A DNA stretch of 64,000 nucleotides from Octopus vulgaris (Eukaryota), in NCBI GenBank assembly GCA_951406725.2, contig OX597819.1, forward strand, positions 67,332,001-67,396,000, read 5' to 3'. A program made the translations under genes and the position numbers. The notes below the pieces were generated by a model. The model was not told the DNA's origin, ran no database searches, and was given only the letters and a program-made list of their open reading frames with translations. Of the stretch, positions 24,976 through 38,361 are shown piece by piece. The number at the start of each line of letters is the position of its first letter. The first letter of the stretch is position 1.

Positions 24976-26600
24976 GTGACATCCGTAGTTAACACTCCAA
25001 TGCTTAGATTGGTCATCACGCAGGACGACGTCGAACGCGTTATGCAAGGCCTCAATGTCAACACGTGTCACGGCCTTGACGGCATACACCCACGGGTTAT
25101 CAAAGCGTTGGCTCCGGTCATCTGCGAGCCTTTAACACGTCTATTCAATATGTCATTGGCAACGAATATTATACCTGCGGACTAGAGAACAGCGATAATC
25201 TGCCCAATTTTCAAAAAAGGGAGCCGCGAAGACACGCTTAACTACCGACCGGTTTCCCTGACTTCAATAATCAGCAAGATGTTTGAAACCATCCTTAAGA
25301 AAATATGATGCTCCACTTCCAAAACACAGCCTCTATCTCTGATTCCCAACACGGCTTCGTGCCGAAGAGATCATGCTTGACCAACTTACTGGTAATGGAA
25401 GAATTGGTGACGCGCATCCTCGATGATGGTGTTGCTGTTGACATCGTTTTATTGGACTTTGCCAAAGCTTTTGACTCGGTAAACCACCGCCTATTACTTG
25501 TCAAGCTTCAAGCATATAGCTTCCATCCGGATATTGTACGATGGGTTGGTGCCTTCCTCTCAGATCGATCCTTCCAAGTCCAAGTTAATGGTTCGCTGTC
25601 CGACGTCTCCAGGGCGAGCAGTGGTGCACCTCAAGGTTCAGTGCTTGGGCCCTTATTGTTCTTAGTCTTCATAAATGACTTGCCCGACGACCTCACGCAA
25701 CATACCCTTCTATTTGCCGATGATGTCAAACTGATCGCTCGTTGCGGTGATATAGAGGATCTTCGTCGATGCCACCACCAAATTTGGATATGGTCTAACG
25801 AATGGGACCTGTGTCTGAACGTGTCAATGTGCTGCCATCTGCCTGTTGGCTCTCCTCCTGCAACTCAACTTGATTTCGAGCCGGGTCGTCTGCTGCTGGA
25901 GAGGACCGAACAGGTAAAGGACCTGGGTATCTTGGTGGATTCTTTCTTTTTCGCCTTCGGCCCAGTGCGTCCATGCTGCCAACAAAGCACGCGGAGTTCT
26001 GTTCTTGATTCGACGGTCATTCGGAATGCTCACAGCTGCCATATTCCTACCGCTCTATGTCACGCTGGTGAGACCCATATTGGAGTACAGGATCCAAGCC
26101 TCTTCTCCTTATCACCTCAAAGACATACAGCATCTCGAAAGAGTCCAGAAGCTGGCTACCCGCATGGTTCTTGATCCCAAGCATTTGTCTTATGAAGAAA
26201 GGCTGAAGACGCTCGACATCTATTCTCTAGAAAAACGACGACGCCGTGGTGATTTCATTCTTGCTCACAACATCATAAGCGGAAGGTGTAACCTCTCGAA
26301 AGAGCTGTTCTTCACTACTGCTCCAGAACGTCGGCTGCGGGGTCACTACGAAAAGCTCTATCTGCGACGATGTCATTCAATCGAAGGAGAGGCGCTTTCT
26401 CCGTCCGGGTTGCGGATCCGTGGAATAAGCTGCCGGACGAGATAGTAAAGATGCTGACGATTGCTCGGTTCAAAGTCCCCCTTGACCACAAGTGACCTGA
26501 ACTCTTTACATGAACACCATCCTGTACATAACTCCATGTCCCCCTACATGGCCTTGCTTTTTGCTATTTGAGCCAAATAATTAACTAACTAACTAACTAA
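24976..26600 (+). mobile_element. 5'-truncated non-LTR retrotransposon (CR1/L2/Jockey group RT), frameshifted
   Basis: QHGF, LDFAKAFDSV, GAPQGSVLGPLLF, FADD, YVTLVRPILEY, LERVQKLATR; 3' (TAAC)n tail at 26582-26600. Confidence 0.92.
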
Positions 26601-27322
26601 GTAACAAGTACAAACACAACATTACCGCAATCATATAAATTATATTTCTTGATTAGAACTTTCGTACTTTCTGTCGTTGATTTGGATCCCACACGTGACG
26701 TTTAATCCATTATTATAGTCAGTACATACATTTAATACAGTTTAAGTTATTTCAATAGCGGTGAATTAGAAAAAGAAATACTTTGTTGAAACTGGCTCAA
26801 ATTTAATATAATATCACAGTGGAAGCTTTACAGTGAATGAACAGTAGCCGAGAGAGGAACTATTGTAGCCACTTGTGTAATTTAAAGTGATATTTGCCCA
26901 TTTATAGTTCCCTCGTCATACCACTATACATATTGTTAAAAAGTTTAGAACATCCACATCAAACAGGTATAAACACTAATATATTTTTAGTAGGAATTGT
27001 AGTGGTCATCCTCATTTCAATCCCAATTCCAAAAGGCATCACATTATCAACGTAATCGCTGTCAGCATCAACAACACAATCGATAAATTACAATAATATA
27101 TACAGTTCTCAGCTACCCTCCTTATAACAGCGTGCGTCTATGCAATTTTATACATACGCATATACAAATATATATATATATATATATATTCATTATGTAT
27201 GTATACATATGTACTTCCCATCTATTTATCCACCAACATATCTAAGCTTTATAACAGGAATTAGTTACACTTACTTTTTCCTGCTTCAAGATTGTCTAAC
27301 CTGAAGATTTTTGGAACAAAAT

Positions 27323-27644
27323 ATGAACGAAACAGAAAGGGACACAATGGGTAATAGCATCCAGGCAATAAATGACACAAATGTATTTTTTCGTTGGATA
27401 ATGAGATATGTTTCAATTTTTTTATTGTCTTTTGGATCAATCGCAAATTTAGCACTCATTACAGTATTTTGCAGGAAGAAAGTACGTCAAACTAAAATTG
27501 TTCCATATTTTCATTGTTTGGCTCATGTAAATATCATTGCTATGTGGTTGTTTTTCGCACAATTGATATGGCACTCAACTAATTTTCAATGCAATCCGGC
27601 ACTTAAAGAATTTTCAAGAAGGAAATATATATAAACTTCAATTT

Positions 27645-27680
<36 letters not shown>

Positions 27681-28250
27681 CTCCTGGATGTCAGTTACAA
27701 TATCTATTGAACGTCTTTAAACTATGTCTTGCCCATTTTCCAGACGTCATTCTTCACAAAGTTATAAGTCTTACATTGTACTGTTGTTGATTCTAGTATC
27801 TGTTACAGTCATGTACGCAATGCTGTAATTTTGGAGAAAGAATTGTATATTCTCTGCGCTGTATTCTTTATTTATTCATCCACACCAGCTATGATTCTAA
27901 TAATCAGCTCTATTTTGCCCTGTACATAAAATACTTCATCGACCAGACCGCCATCAGCATTGTCAACAGAATGCCACAAGGCAGTCAAAATATTGTGTTT
28001 ATGTCGTCATCGCTATAAACATAATTTTTCTGTTAAGCTTTCCCGCTTCTATGTATTACAGTGTAATCTCAATAAAAGAAATACAACGAAATAAAATCCT
28101 ATCCATGTTTTGGAATATGATGTCTTGTATCAATATTGTTTTCACCTTTATAGTTGATGTTGCAGTAAGCAAATCATTTTCGTAACAAATTTAAACAAAT
28201 TTTTTGTAAAGAAACTTCAGTGAACAGAAGTACAGGTTACAACAAAGTAA
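27323..28250 (+). pseudogene. Class A GPCR pseudogene (type C, copy 2)
   Basis: MNETE...GSIANL...QTKIVPYFHCLA; later SSW..VTISIER and SKSF; multiple frameshifts and stops; (AT)n expansion at 27648-27678. Confidence 0.88.
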
Positions 28251-29757
28251 GGCTTTCGATATTTAAGTATTTCATCGTTTCAGTAAGGATCTTCCTATAT
28301 GGTTTTGTTTTTATAGTCCCAACTTTCCACTGAAGTTCTCCAGTGACGGGGATATTGTGAAAGTGACAAGCGGAGGTAGCCATCGGAAGTCATAGTCACA
28401 TTACTTATGTAGGCGGCTTAGGACTTTAGTTGTTATTCTTCGACCTCGGGGTAGCGGAGGACTTCGACAAAGGCCCAGACGACCGAGTAGAATTTTAGGA
28501 ATGCACTTCTCAACCCAGTAAGGGAGTGGCCTAGAAAAGGTGTCCTAAACAAAACCTGCATACACCGTCTGGCCAGTTTACCACGTTTGCGTTCCATTTC
28601 AACTGAAAAGGAAGGAACTCATCGTCGTAATGTTAGCGATGAATTCCACGCTGTGCTACGTCACATTTTCCCCAGTAATATTTTTCGCATCGATCATGTA
28701 CATTACATCGGGACAATGAAGTCGTTTCTCAAGCCCTGCATTGAGAGAGTTACCTTTGAGAAGCCGTACGTATTTTATTATGAATCTGGTCATTCTCACT
28801 CAATCTACATTAATCGTGGGTGGGCAGTCGATAGTTTTCCTCATCAAGTTACCGCTAACATTTCACCGCCAATGTCTCCTGATTTAAACCACTTGGACTA
28901 CTATGGCTGGGGCATCGTTGAGCGGTATTCCATTAACCATGCTCACAAAATTAGGAAACAGTCATGTATACCAGAGTGTAATCTATGGTTATAAGATCGA
29001 AGGGGCACCTGATCGATGCAATTAGTCGTTTCACAAGTCGTAAGCGACAGTAATTATATTTGAACGTGGTTTCATTTAATATCCGTGTAACATATACATT
29101 AAACAAATAATATATTTAGCTAAAACTTGCAGAATCATAAAAATAAGACCACACCCGAACAACTGCAGTTACTTCACAGTGTCCAAACGTTTGGGAGGAA
29201 GTATTGTAAACTCTTTCTAAACGAAAATAATATTGATTAATTCATACTTTCTATCGTTCTACATGCTTTTAAAAGTGTTAAAGCATCAACATCAACCAGC
29301 CGGTAAAGCGAAAAGAGAAGAGAGAGAAGGAAGTGAAGAAGATCATATTAGTGATCTTTTCCATTAGACTTCGCCATCACCATCGTCATCATCATCATTA
29401 AGATCCGATGACCACATCATCAACAACGTGTAGGACACAGTTATCTAAAATACAGTAATTAATACAAAAGCAGTAGTACATAATACAAAAGCAACGAAGC
29501 TGGATTCATTATAGCGATGTCTCTACACATTTATTCACATGCATATAAATATACACCTGCCGATCTATCTACTTGCCTACATATTTTATCTACTTATTTA
29601 TCTGATATCGCTCGACACGAATTAGATGTGTCACACTGTTATTAAACAGCAACACGTGAAACCGTATGGGATCTTTTAAAAATTTAATAGAAATTGTATT
29701 CATTTAGTTATTTTTGTGGTCCACAGTTGTTCACCGATGTATGAATTAGAAGAAGAT

Positions 29758-30690
29758 ATGAACAAAACAGAAACGCTGGGCGTATTAAACAACAGTAGCC
29801 AGATAGAAAATTATAAAAATGTGTATTTACTTAGAACTATACAGTATATTTCAATAATATTATTGATGTTAGGATCTGTCGGAAATTTAGCAATTTTTGC
29901 AATATTATTCAAGAAACAAATGCGTCAGACAAAAATTGTTCCATATCTTCATTGTTTATCTCTTGTAGATTTCATTGCGCTTTCGACATATTTACCAAAA
30001 CCAATATGGTTTTCAACTACTTCTCAACCTAAGACGGCACATTCAGATATTTTTAGCAGTGAAATATACGATGCTTTCATTTCTTTTATATTTATATATT
30101 CTTCCTGGATAACCGTTATCATATCTCTGGAACGTCTGTTGGCAATATTTTGCCCGTTTTCAAGACTTCATTCTTCACAACGTTATAAACCTTACATTGT
30201 ACTGCTCCTGCTTCTTGTATGTGTTGCTGTTACGTATACAACGCTAGCAGTATTTTTAAATAAAATGGTGTACATTTTGTGTGCTGTAGACATCATTTAT
30301 TCATTCGTACCAGGCTTGATTTTGATAATAAGTTCTATCCTTTTGTTGTATAAAATACATCATCGACCAGACCTCGGTCGACATTTGCAACGGAAAATTT
30401 CAGAGCAGTCAAAAAGTACTATTTATGCAGTGATTGCAATAAACGTACTCTTTCTCCTAACTGCATTTCCTTCATCTATTAATTGCCTGGTAATATTCCA
30501 ACTCGATGAAAAAGATATGGTCCTCTACTTGTTTTTTAGTGTTCTAGCTTGTATTAATAACGTTTTCAACTTCATGTTGTATGTTGTGGTAAGCAAATCA
30601 TTTCGCGACAACCTGAAACAAATATGTTGTAAAGAGTTTGAAGTAAACAGACGTAATGTGTATTCGCTCCAGGTTACAACGAGGCACTAA
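29758..30690 (+). CDS. Intronless class A GPCR, type A, 310 aa (intact; optional in-frame ATG at 29737)
   Basis: Same motifs as 19101; start set by homology to MNKTE. Confidence 0.92.
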   Translation: MNKTETLGVLNNSSQIENYKNVYLLRTIQYISIILLMLGSVGNLAIFAILFKKQMRQTKIVPYLHCLSLVDFIALSTYLPKPIWFSTTSQPKTAHSDIFSSEIYDAFISFIFIYSSWITVIISLERLLAIFCPFSRLHSSQRYKPYIVLLLLLVCVAVTYTTLAVFLNKMVYILCAVDIIYSFVPGLILIISSILLLYKIHHRPDLGRHLQRKISEQSKSTIYAVIAINVLFLLTAFPSSINCLVIFQLDEKDMVLYLFFSVLACINNVFNFMLYVVVSKSFRDNLKQICCKEFEVNRRNVYSLQVTTRH

Positions 30691-31814
30691 GACATTCGCT
30701 GTTTCAATACTTTATCAATTCCGTAAGTATCTACTTATATATTTATAATTGTCGTAATGATAATAATTTTTGTATTATCAATCTTCATTCCGTTTATGTA
30801 GACATACGTATATTCATCTATATGTGCATACAAATATATAACTATATCTATGTTTGTATATAATATTTTAAAATACATTACACAATATGGTGATGTTCTA
30901 TGTTTATAAATTTCTAATTAGTATTCCCTGTTCAACATTCTACTTACATATTCCTTAAGAAAGTTAGACCATTTCTAATAGATTATTGTTCCACTTATTG
31001 CATAGGGTACATTATAACTGTAAAGGTATTCTAATGTGTTTGGTTTATTTTATAGTGTGGTGGAACTTCGTTTCCCTATTATCACTATGATTATAATTAT
31101 ACACAGTGCGATGTGTTTCTCCAAATTGTTTAAATGTATATCTTTCAAAAATCACATGGTTTACCTGTGTAGATCCGGAGAATATGCTCTAAGGAATTGA
31201 ATATAAAGTTTCTGGATGTGAAAAATCTTTGTTCTCCTTATCATTATTAATATTATTAAGTAATCTACGGAAAATATGCACGCACAGAATTACCCAACGA
31301 GAGAAGTTACTAGTGTCTAACAACTCATTAGCTCGAGTACTACATAAGGGGGCTTTTCGTTAGCCAGCATCTGAAACCGATTTCAGAGGAATTCGGTTCC
31401 TACCAGGGCAATATATCCCATTATCCTCATTATATATATATTGATAGAAATAGTAAGACGACGAGACCTCGATGTTTTGTAAATAGAGGAATTTATCTGT
31501 AAATTTGATATGTGACAATTATTCAGTAGCCATGATAAGACTCTGAGTTTCGGATGTTAGGGTGGAAATTCACACAGCCATCCATTCAGTTATCCGGCCA
31601 TTAGAAAAAATTCTATGAAAACGACCGTTAAACCATGGGAAATCACTGTGTGATTGATCGTTATTAAGACAAAAGAACTATTTGAATGACCGCTAAGTGA
31701 GGGGAGGGATTAAAAGTAGGGGGTAAAAATGTACAAAGTTTTTGTGTAAGCGCATCTCCATACCTACACATGCGCGCCCGTACACCCACGTACCTGCGCC
31801 TATAAGTATACACT

Positions 31815-32285
31815 CATCCATCTTCACTTGAAACATAGACATTCTCACCCACACTATTCCCCAAAACCATATATATATACAATTCAACACACACACACAC
31901 ACGCGAACCAAAACGGTTCATACACACGACTATAAACGCACAAACACAAGAAAAAACAGGGCTAGGGGCAACAATACAGAAAAAAGCGTAAAGAAGTATG
32001 AAAAAATCATGAGAGTAATCACGTCTATATCCGCACACACTCGTATGTACTCGCGCACGCACGTCTATATATGCGCAAACTCACACACGTCTATATAAGC
32101 ACACACAAACGCACAGAAAGTTCATACACACGTCTATAGACGCACATGTACAAGATAAAACAAGGATGAAGGCAAAAATACAGGAGAACTTGTAAAAGAA
32201 ATCAATGAGAAAGACACGTCTATAAGCGCACAGGGAAAAATGCAGGGTAGAAGCTAGAATACAGAAAAAGTATGTGTAATAAATA
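31815..32285. repeat. Degenerate 'acacgtctatatacgcac' minisatellite-like array in the GPCR 3' cassette
   Basis: Recurrent cacgtctata units; paralogous at ~16210, 40340, 40960, 45380, 51520, 58540 and 59790. Confidence 0.7.
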
Positions 32286-32292
32286 TGAGCAA

Positions 32293-33846
32293 TCTTTATA
32301 TATATAAAACTGAGAATGTGTGTCTGACTGTCTGTATGTTTTCCTAAAACTTGAGAACTATACAACTAATTTCATTCAAATTTTATACATGCCTTACTTA
32401 GGGTCCGAGGAGTGTCATCGGCAAAAAGTAAGTTTTAACTTTTTGCCTAGGGCAAGCCCACAGCAATATCCTATCTTCTCCACTACGATTTCTTAAAACT
32501 TGAGAACTACATAACCAATTTCATTCAAATTTTAAACATGCCTTACTTAGGATCCATGTAGTTTCATGGGTAAAAGAAATGTTCAACTTCTTGCCTAGGG
32601 CGAGCCCATAGCAATATCATATCTTCTTCACTATTTCAGTATGACGTGTTAAAAGTGAAACAAAAGCATTTCTCTATTTTATGTCAGATACTTTCACTTC
32701 AACAATAAAAATTAGAGATAATAATAACAATTGAATTATATGTAGTAAGTAATAATTAAAATCAAACTAAAGTATAATATAATCGTAACATAACAAAAGG
32801 AAAACTAGCAATTGGTATAAAATTGCATCAATGACTTGAACTTGAATAAGTGGTTTCACATGAATGGGAATAAATTAAAAATGAAATTAGCGTGCAGAAA
32901 TGGAATAGTCCAGATGGACTATTATACATTAAGGACTATATCTTCAACTGCGTACTGCTTTTTGATTCACTGTTTAACTATTGTTAACACGTTTGTTGGT
33001 TCCTCGCAAGGGAAACGTTGTTGTGTTGCATTTGGTAAATAATTATAAACTGTAAACGCCCCCCTTCGGGAGAAGGAGTTTTGGTTATTGTTTAAAAATT
33101 GAATTGTGTCTCTTTTTGGGTAAATTGACAATATTTTCACCATTTACAAGGAAGCATTTTTGTTAGAATGCCTTCGATAGAAGAAAGTCAAAAAATGAAT
33201 TTCGCTGCAGCCGTCGGCGTGCGCAAACTCATTAAAATTAAAATGGAAGAAATACAAACCTATTTCGGATTGATCACCTACAAAGACGGTGAATCTAGGA
33301 TAACATCACCAAACGAAATAAAAAATTAAATTAAAGAAAAGACTATTGTCTATAAAGTATAGAATGTAGAGAAAAAAAATAGTTTTGAACACCTCGAGGA
33401 AAGCACCATCGAAAGGTATCTTGGTGCGACTATGAAAGATATCTAACCAGAGGCGGTAAATTCTCCACAATAGAAGCATAGTTCGGGTCTACGCAGCGTG
33501 CAAGGGAGTACTTGGCTCCAACTTTGCAAAGTGGAAATAATTTATTTTCACCTTTATATATGGGACGTAGGACGGGCCTACAATTCCAGTCTGTTATACA
33601 TTTTGAGTATTGTTATCACTAGCGATATCAAGATATAACTTTGTATTTTGCATTTTATGTATATAGATGTACGTGTAATATGTACACATATATATATATA
33701 TATATATATATAGATGTACGTGTAATATGTATATATGTATATATATATGTATATAGATGTACGTGTAATATGTACACATATATATATATATACACATATA
33801 TACATGCACTAGCACTATGACCCGGCACGACGGGTCATAATTCTAG
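32293..33846 (+). mobile_element. Non-autonomous Helitron (~1.55 kb)
   Basis: A|TC 5' end; 3' hairpin tatgacccg-gcacga-cgggtcata then CTAG|T; no TSD; empty site gagcaa|taaacctat at ~16449 and ~41407. Confidence 0.88.
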
Positions 33847-33910
33847 TAAACCTATAAAACAATATCTCTATAAAGGGCTACCGAATAATTGTCATATACT
33901 ACATTTATAC

Positions 33911-33959
<49 letters not shown>

Positions 33960-33998
33960 TAAAAAATGGAGTTAACGCAGGTTTAAACAAGTATTTTT

Positions 33999-34084
33999 AC
34001 TTTCTACATAGGTTTCGAAAATTCCACTGATACTATTCAAAAGAATAAAAGGTATAATCAATGCAATCTTCTCTTCAGGAAAGT
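33999..34084 (-). ncRNA. Hammerhead ribozyme in the left pLTR (intact core); the + strand copy at 35369-35454 has CTGA>CCGA
   Basis: actttc-CTGAAGA-gaagatt...aattttc-GAAA-cctatg-TA-gaaagt; the right copy has palindromic stem III catatg. Confidence 0.7.
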
Positions 34085-34455
34085 GAAAAAACGAAACTCG
34101 TCAATACGACATTTTAGCAAAAAATGATGGATTCGTATAGCGATAGACAGAACGCTATTAATATTGTTTAAAAAAAAGTTATATGATATAACGTCATATG
34201 TAGCTAACAGAAAGAGTAGGGATATTAATATTGAATGTTAAATATAAAGGAAATTAAAGTTTAAACTATATATAATGATAGCGTAATTACTTTTGAAGGT
34301 GTTATATTTACTTTTAGATCGGTAAAAGGGGAATAAATAAGGGTTATATGCCTTCATTCGCTTTGTATCGGTGCGTAAGTTATGTTTGTTATCAATAATT
34401 CTTTTACGACTAGAAATCTTATCTACATTATTGAATTTACAAAAGTAATTACGCT

Positions 34456-35169
34456 ATGAATACTAGTAAAAATATTTGGTTAATAATTCCTTACGGGAGA
34501 CAAATTAAATCTAATATCCCACTGCTGTTTCGTCAAGCTATTGCTAGGAATTTTCCAAACAATTCCAGATATTACTCTATAATTAATTCACATAAGGTTA
34601 GGATAGGTTTTTCAAACACAAAAAATCTCTTGCAAATTATATCTTCTCATAATAACAAACTGTTAAATATTAATACATTTACTAATACTAACATTAATTT
34701 AGCTAATACCATCCAACCCTCTAGAAATATTAATAACAAGGTTATTGTATCTGAAGTCAATTCCAATAGAATTAAATTTATGTCAAGTTACTCTAAGATT
34801 AAAAATTCTATATACCAGTGTATAATCAGTACTCGTAATAAAGTACGATCTTACATTGGAAGCACATCGTTAGAGTTATCTAAAAGAATTTCTATCCATT
34901 ACTCAACATTTAGGGATAGAAATAAACGGAATAGTACCGGTCTCAGCAAACTGATTTGGGATTTAAAAGACCACAATGAACAATTTCATTTAGAATGGTT
35001 GATCCTCTCAATTTCGATACCATATGACAAAGGCAAGAAATTCTGTCTTCTCTGCAATTCTGAGCTATTTTTCATTATTTTTTCTAAAAATACTCTAGTA
35101 AACACGGTTATAGAACGAGCATACAGATGTAAGCATTGGCAGAAATATGCTTTTAGTGCATATAAGTAG
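34456..35169 (+). CDS. GIY-YIG endonuclease domain (Penelope-like element C-terminus), 237 aa ORF
   Basis: NSIYQC...SYIGST...KRISIH...STGLSK...CLLCNSE...RCKH, typical of PLE GIY-YIG with Cys/His motif; no RT core. Confidence 0.8.
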   Translation: MNTSKNIWLIIPYGRQIKSNIPLLFRQAIARNFPNNSRYYSIINSHKVRIGFSNTKNLLQIISSHNNKLLNINTFTNTNINLANTIQPSRNINNKVIVSEVNSNRIKFMSSYSKIKNSIYQCIISTRNKVRSYIGSTSLELSKRISIHYSTFRDRNKRNSTGLSKLIWDLKDHNEQFHLEWLILSISIPYDKGKKFCLLCNSELFFIIFSKNTLVNTVIERAYRCKHWQKYAFSAYK

Positions 35170-35607
35170 TCTCTATCATTATATATAGTTTAAACTTTAA
35201 TTTCCTTTATATTTAACATTCACTATTAATATCCCTACTCTTTCTGTTAGCTACTTATGACGTTATATCATATAACGTTTTTTTAAACAATATTAATAGC
35301 GTTTGTCTATCGCTATACGAATCCATCATTTTTTGCTAAAATGTCGTATTGACGAGTTTCGTTTTTTCACTTTCCCGAAGAGAAGATTGCATTGTTTATA
35401 CCTTTTATTCTTTTGAATAGTATCAGTGGAATTTTCGAAACATATGTAGAAAGTAAAAATACTTGTTTAAACCTGCGTTAACTCCATTTTTTTTCATATT
35501 ATTCAAAATATTCAACGTAAACACGAAGTTTCAACCTTTATTTTTGCTGGCCTGGTAACTATTTATTTATTTATCTGTGTTAATTGTTAACAAGGTAAAA
35601 TACACTC

Positions 35608-35660
<53 letters not shown>

Positions 35661-36894
35661 AATATATATATATATGTAAATATATATATATATGTGTGTA
35701 TGTGTGTGTGTAAATGCAATATGTGACAATTATATCACTAAGCACTGAACTGCTAAACATAAATTCCTTAATTTTTCATACTACTATCATCTATCTCTGC
35801 CCCTACACTTAGACTCTACTAATACACATTTGTCATTCCTTCTATCTTTTTACAATAGAACACCTTTCTCTCCCTTTAACCTTTCATCTTCCCACTCCTA
35901 CTCTCAAATTGTATCCACTGACCACTGACTGATCTATATCTTCATTTTTCTTTTCTCTTTTTTCTTTATTCTCTTCATTTCTCTTTTCAGGGTTTTTTGT
36001 TTTTATATTTTATTTTATTATTATTTTATTAATTTCTCCTTACTTTCTTCTCCTTCTTCTCTCTTTTTTCTCTCATTTTTTCTTTCTCTTTTTTTTTCGC
36101 TTTCTTTTTTTTCTTTCTTTCTTCATTCCCCTCTTCCTGTTTTCGATTTGACCCTTCTAATACCATCCCTATTTTTAGGTCACTTTAAATAAAAAGCCTT
36201 TGTCTCGGCAACACTATATATAAATTCTCTACTTGGAATGACCAAGTTTAAAAACTGCTGGATCTCACTCAGTAGGGAATATCACATTGTGTATTTCAGC
36301 CCCAACTTTCCACTGAAATCCTCCAGTGACGGGGCAATGGTGAAAGTGATAGGTGGATGTAGCCATCGGAAGTCATAGTCACATTCCTGATGTAGGCGGC
36401 TTGGAACTTTGATTGTTATTCTTCGAACTCGGTGTAGCGGAGGATTTAGACAACGTCCCAGACTACTGAGTAGATTTTTAGCAATGCACTGCTCACCCCA
36501 GTAAGGGAGTGGCCTAGAAAAGGTGGCCTAAAGAAAGCCTGCCCTACATCGTCTGGCCAGTTTACCACGGCTTTCAGACTTACAGAATCGCAGTCGGTTT
36601 CAACTGAAAATGAAGGAACTCATCGCCGTAACGTTAGCGATGAGTTCCATAGTGTGCTACCTCACTTTTCCCCAGTAATCTTTTTGCATCGATCACGTAC
36701 ATTACATCGTGACATTGAAGTCGTTTCTCAAGCCCTGCATTGAGAGAGTTACACTTTGAGAAGCCGTACGTATTTTATTATGAATCTTGTAATTCTCACT
36801 CAATCTACATTAATCTGGAGTGGACGGGCGACAGTTTTCCTCATCAAGTTACCGTTAACATTTCACCTCCAATGTCTCCAATTTAAGCGACATT

Positions 36895-37482
36895 GGATTT
36901 TTTCTAAAAGATGGACAGAATTTCTACTTAACTAAATAATTTGAAACTTCGTATACTGGTAGAAGGTGTCAAGAGAAAACATTAATTTCAATTATTTTTT
37001 TTTAGAAAATTGTATTTTGTAGCTTTTACGTAGTTTAATTCTTCGAATTTTAACCAATGAAATCCCAGCATTTGAGCTCAATTCATTTGCTGCGTCTAAG
37101 TAAACAGCACACACACACACACACGCACACGTCTTATTCATCCTTATCAATTCTGTCTTCTGCAGGTGCTAGAAATAAGAGCTATATCTCTTAAATCGAT
37201 GAATTTCGTTGCCCAATAAATATATTAACGATGAATAAGGATGAATAAGACGTGTGCGTGTGTGTGTGTGCTATTTACTTAGACGCAGCAAATGAATTGA
37301 GCTCAAATGCTGGTATTTCATTGGTTAAAATTCGAAGAATTAAACTACGTAAAAGTTACAAAATACAATTTTCTCAAAAAAACTAATGAAATTTATGTTT
37401 TCTTTTGACACATTCTACCAGTATACGAAGTTTCAAATTATTTAGTTAAGTAGAAATGCTGTCAATCTTTTAGAAAAGATCC
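36895..37482. mobile_element. Foldback MITE with ~250-bp TIRs, GG..CC ends and an 8-bp TSD
   Basis: TSD gcgacatt (36887-36894) / gcgatatt (37483-37490); absent from paralogous cassettes. Confidence 0.85.
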
Positions 37483-38361
37483 GCGATATTGACTACTATG
37501 GCTGGGGCATCTTTGAGCGGTATTCCATTAACCATGCTCACAAAAGTAGGAGTCATTCGTATCTACCATGTTGTAAAAATCATTTATAAGATCGAAGGAA
37601 AAAATATGAGTTATAAGACCGAAGGGCACCTGATCAATGCAGTTAGTCGTTTCACAAGTCGTATAAGACAGTAATAATATTTAAACGTCGTTTCATTTAA
37701 TAGCCGTGTAACATATACATTAAACAAGCTGAATCATAAAACAAGACCACACCCGAACAACTGCATTTACTTAAGTGTCCAAACATTTCGGGGGAAATAT
37801 TGTAAACTCTTTGTAATCGAAAGTAATATTGATTAATTCATATCGGTCTACATACTTTTAAAAATGTTAAAGCATCAACATCAACCGGCCAGTAAAGTGA
37901 AAAGGGAAGAGAGAGAAGGAAGTGAAGAAGATCATATTAGTGATCTTTTCCATTAGACCTCGCCATCACCATCATCATCATTAATAACATCATTGTGATT
38001 GTCTTCGATGGCCACATCATCAACAACGTGAAGGACACAGTTATCTAAAATACAGTAATTAATACGAAAGCAGTAGAACTCAATCAACAAAAACGAAGCT
38101 GGATTCATGATAACGATGTCTCTACACATGTATTCACATGCATATAAATATACACATGCCGATCTCTCTATTTACCTATATAATTTATGGACTTATTTAT
38201 CTGGTAACACTCGACACGAATTAGAATTAGATGTGTCACACTGTTATAAAACAGCAACACGTCAAACCGTATGGTGTCTTTTAAAATTTAATAGAAATTG
38301 GATTCATTTAATTATTTTTGTGGTGCACAATTGTTGACCGGTGGAAGAATTAGAAGAAGAT

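Larger units (their letters stand above)
33953..35620 (+). mobile_element. Truncated Penelope-like element: GIY-YIG endonuclease flanked by ~330-bp inverted pLTRs (33953-34281 and 35173-35500)
   Basis: Long inverted repeats seen directly; hammerhead motif in each arm; inserted in (AT)n. Confidence 0.82.

Noticed and set aside
29716-29757. N-terminal extension from GTG starts in the ORF track (also 38341 and 44107)
   Set aside because: Non-ATG starts are unlikely in a eukaryote; several paralogs have in-frame stops in this region
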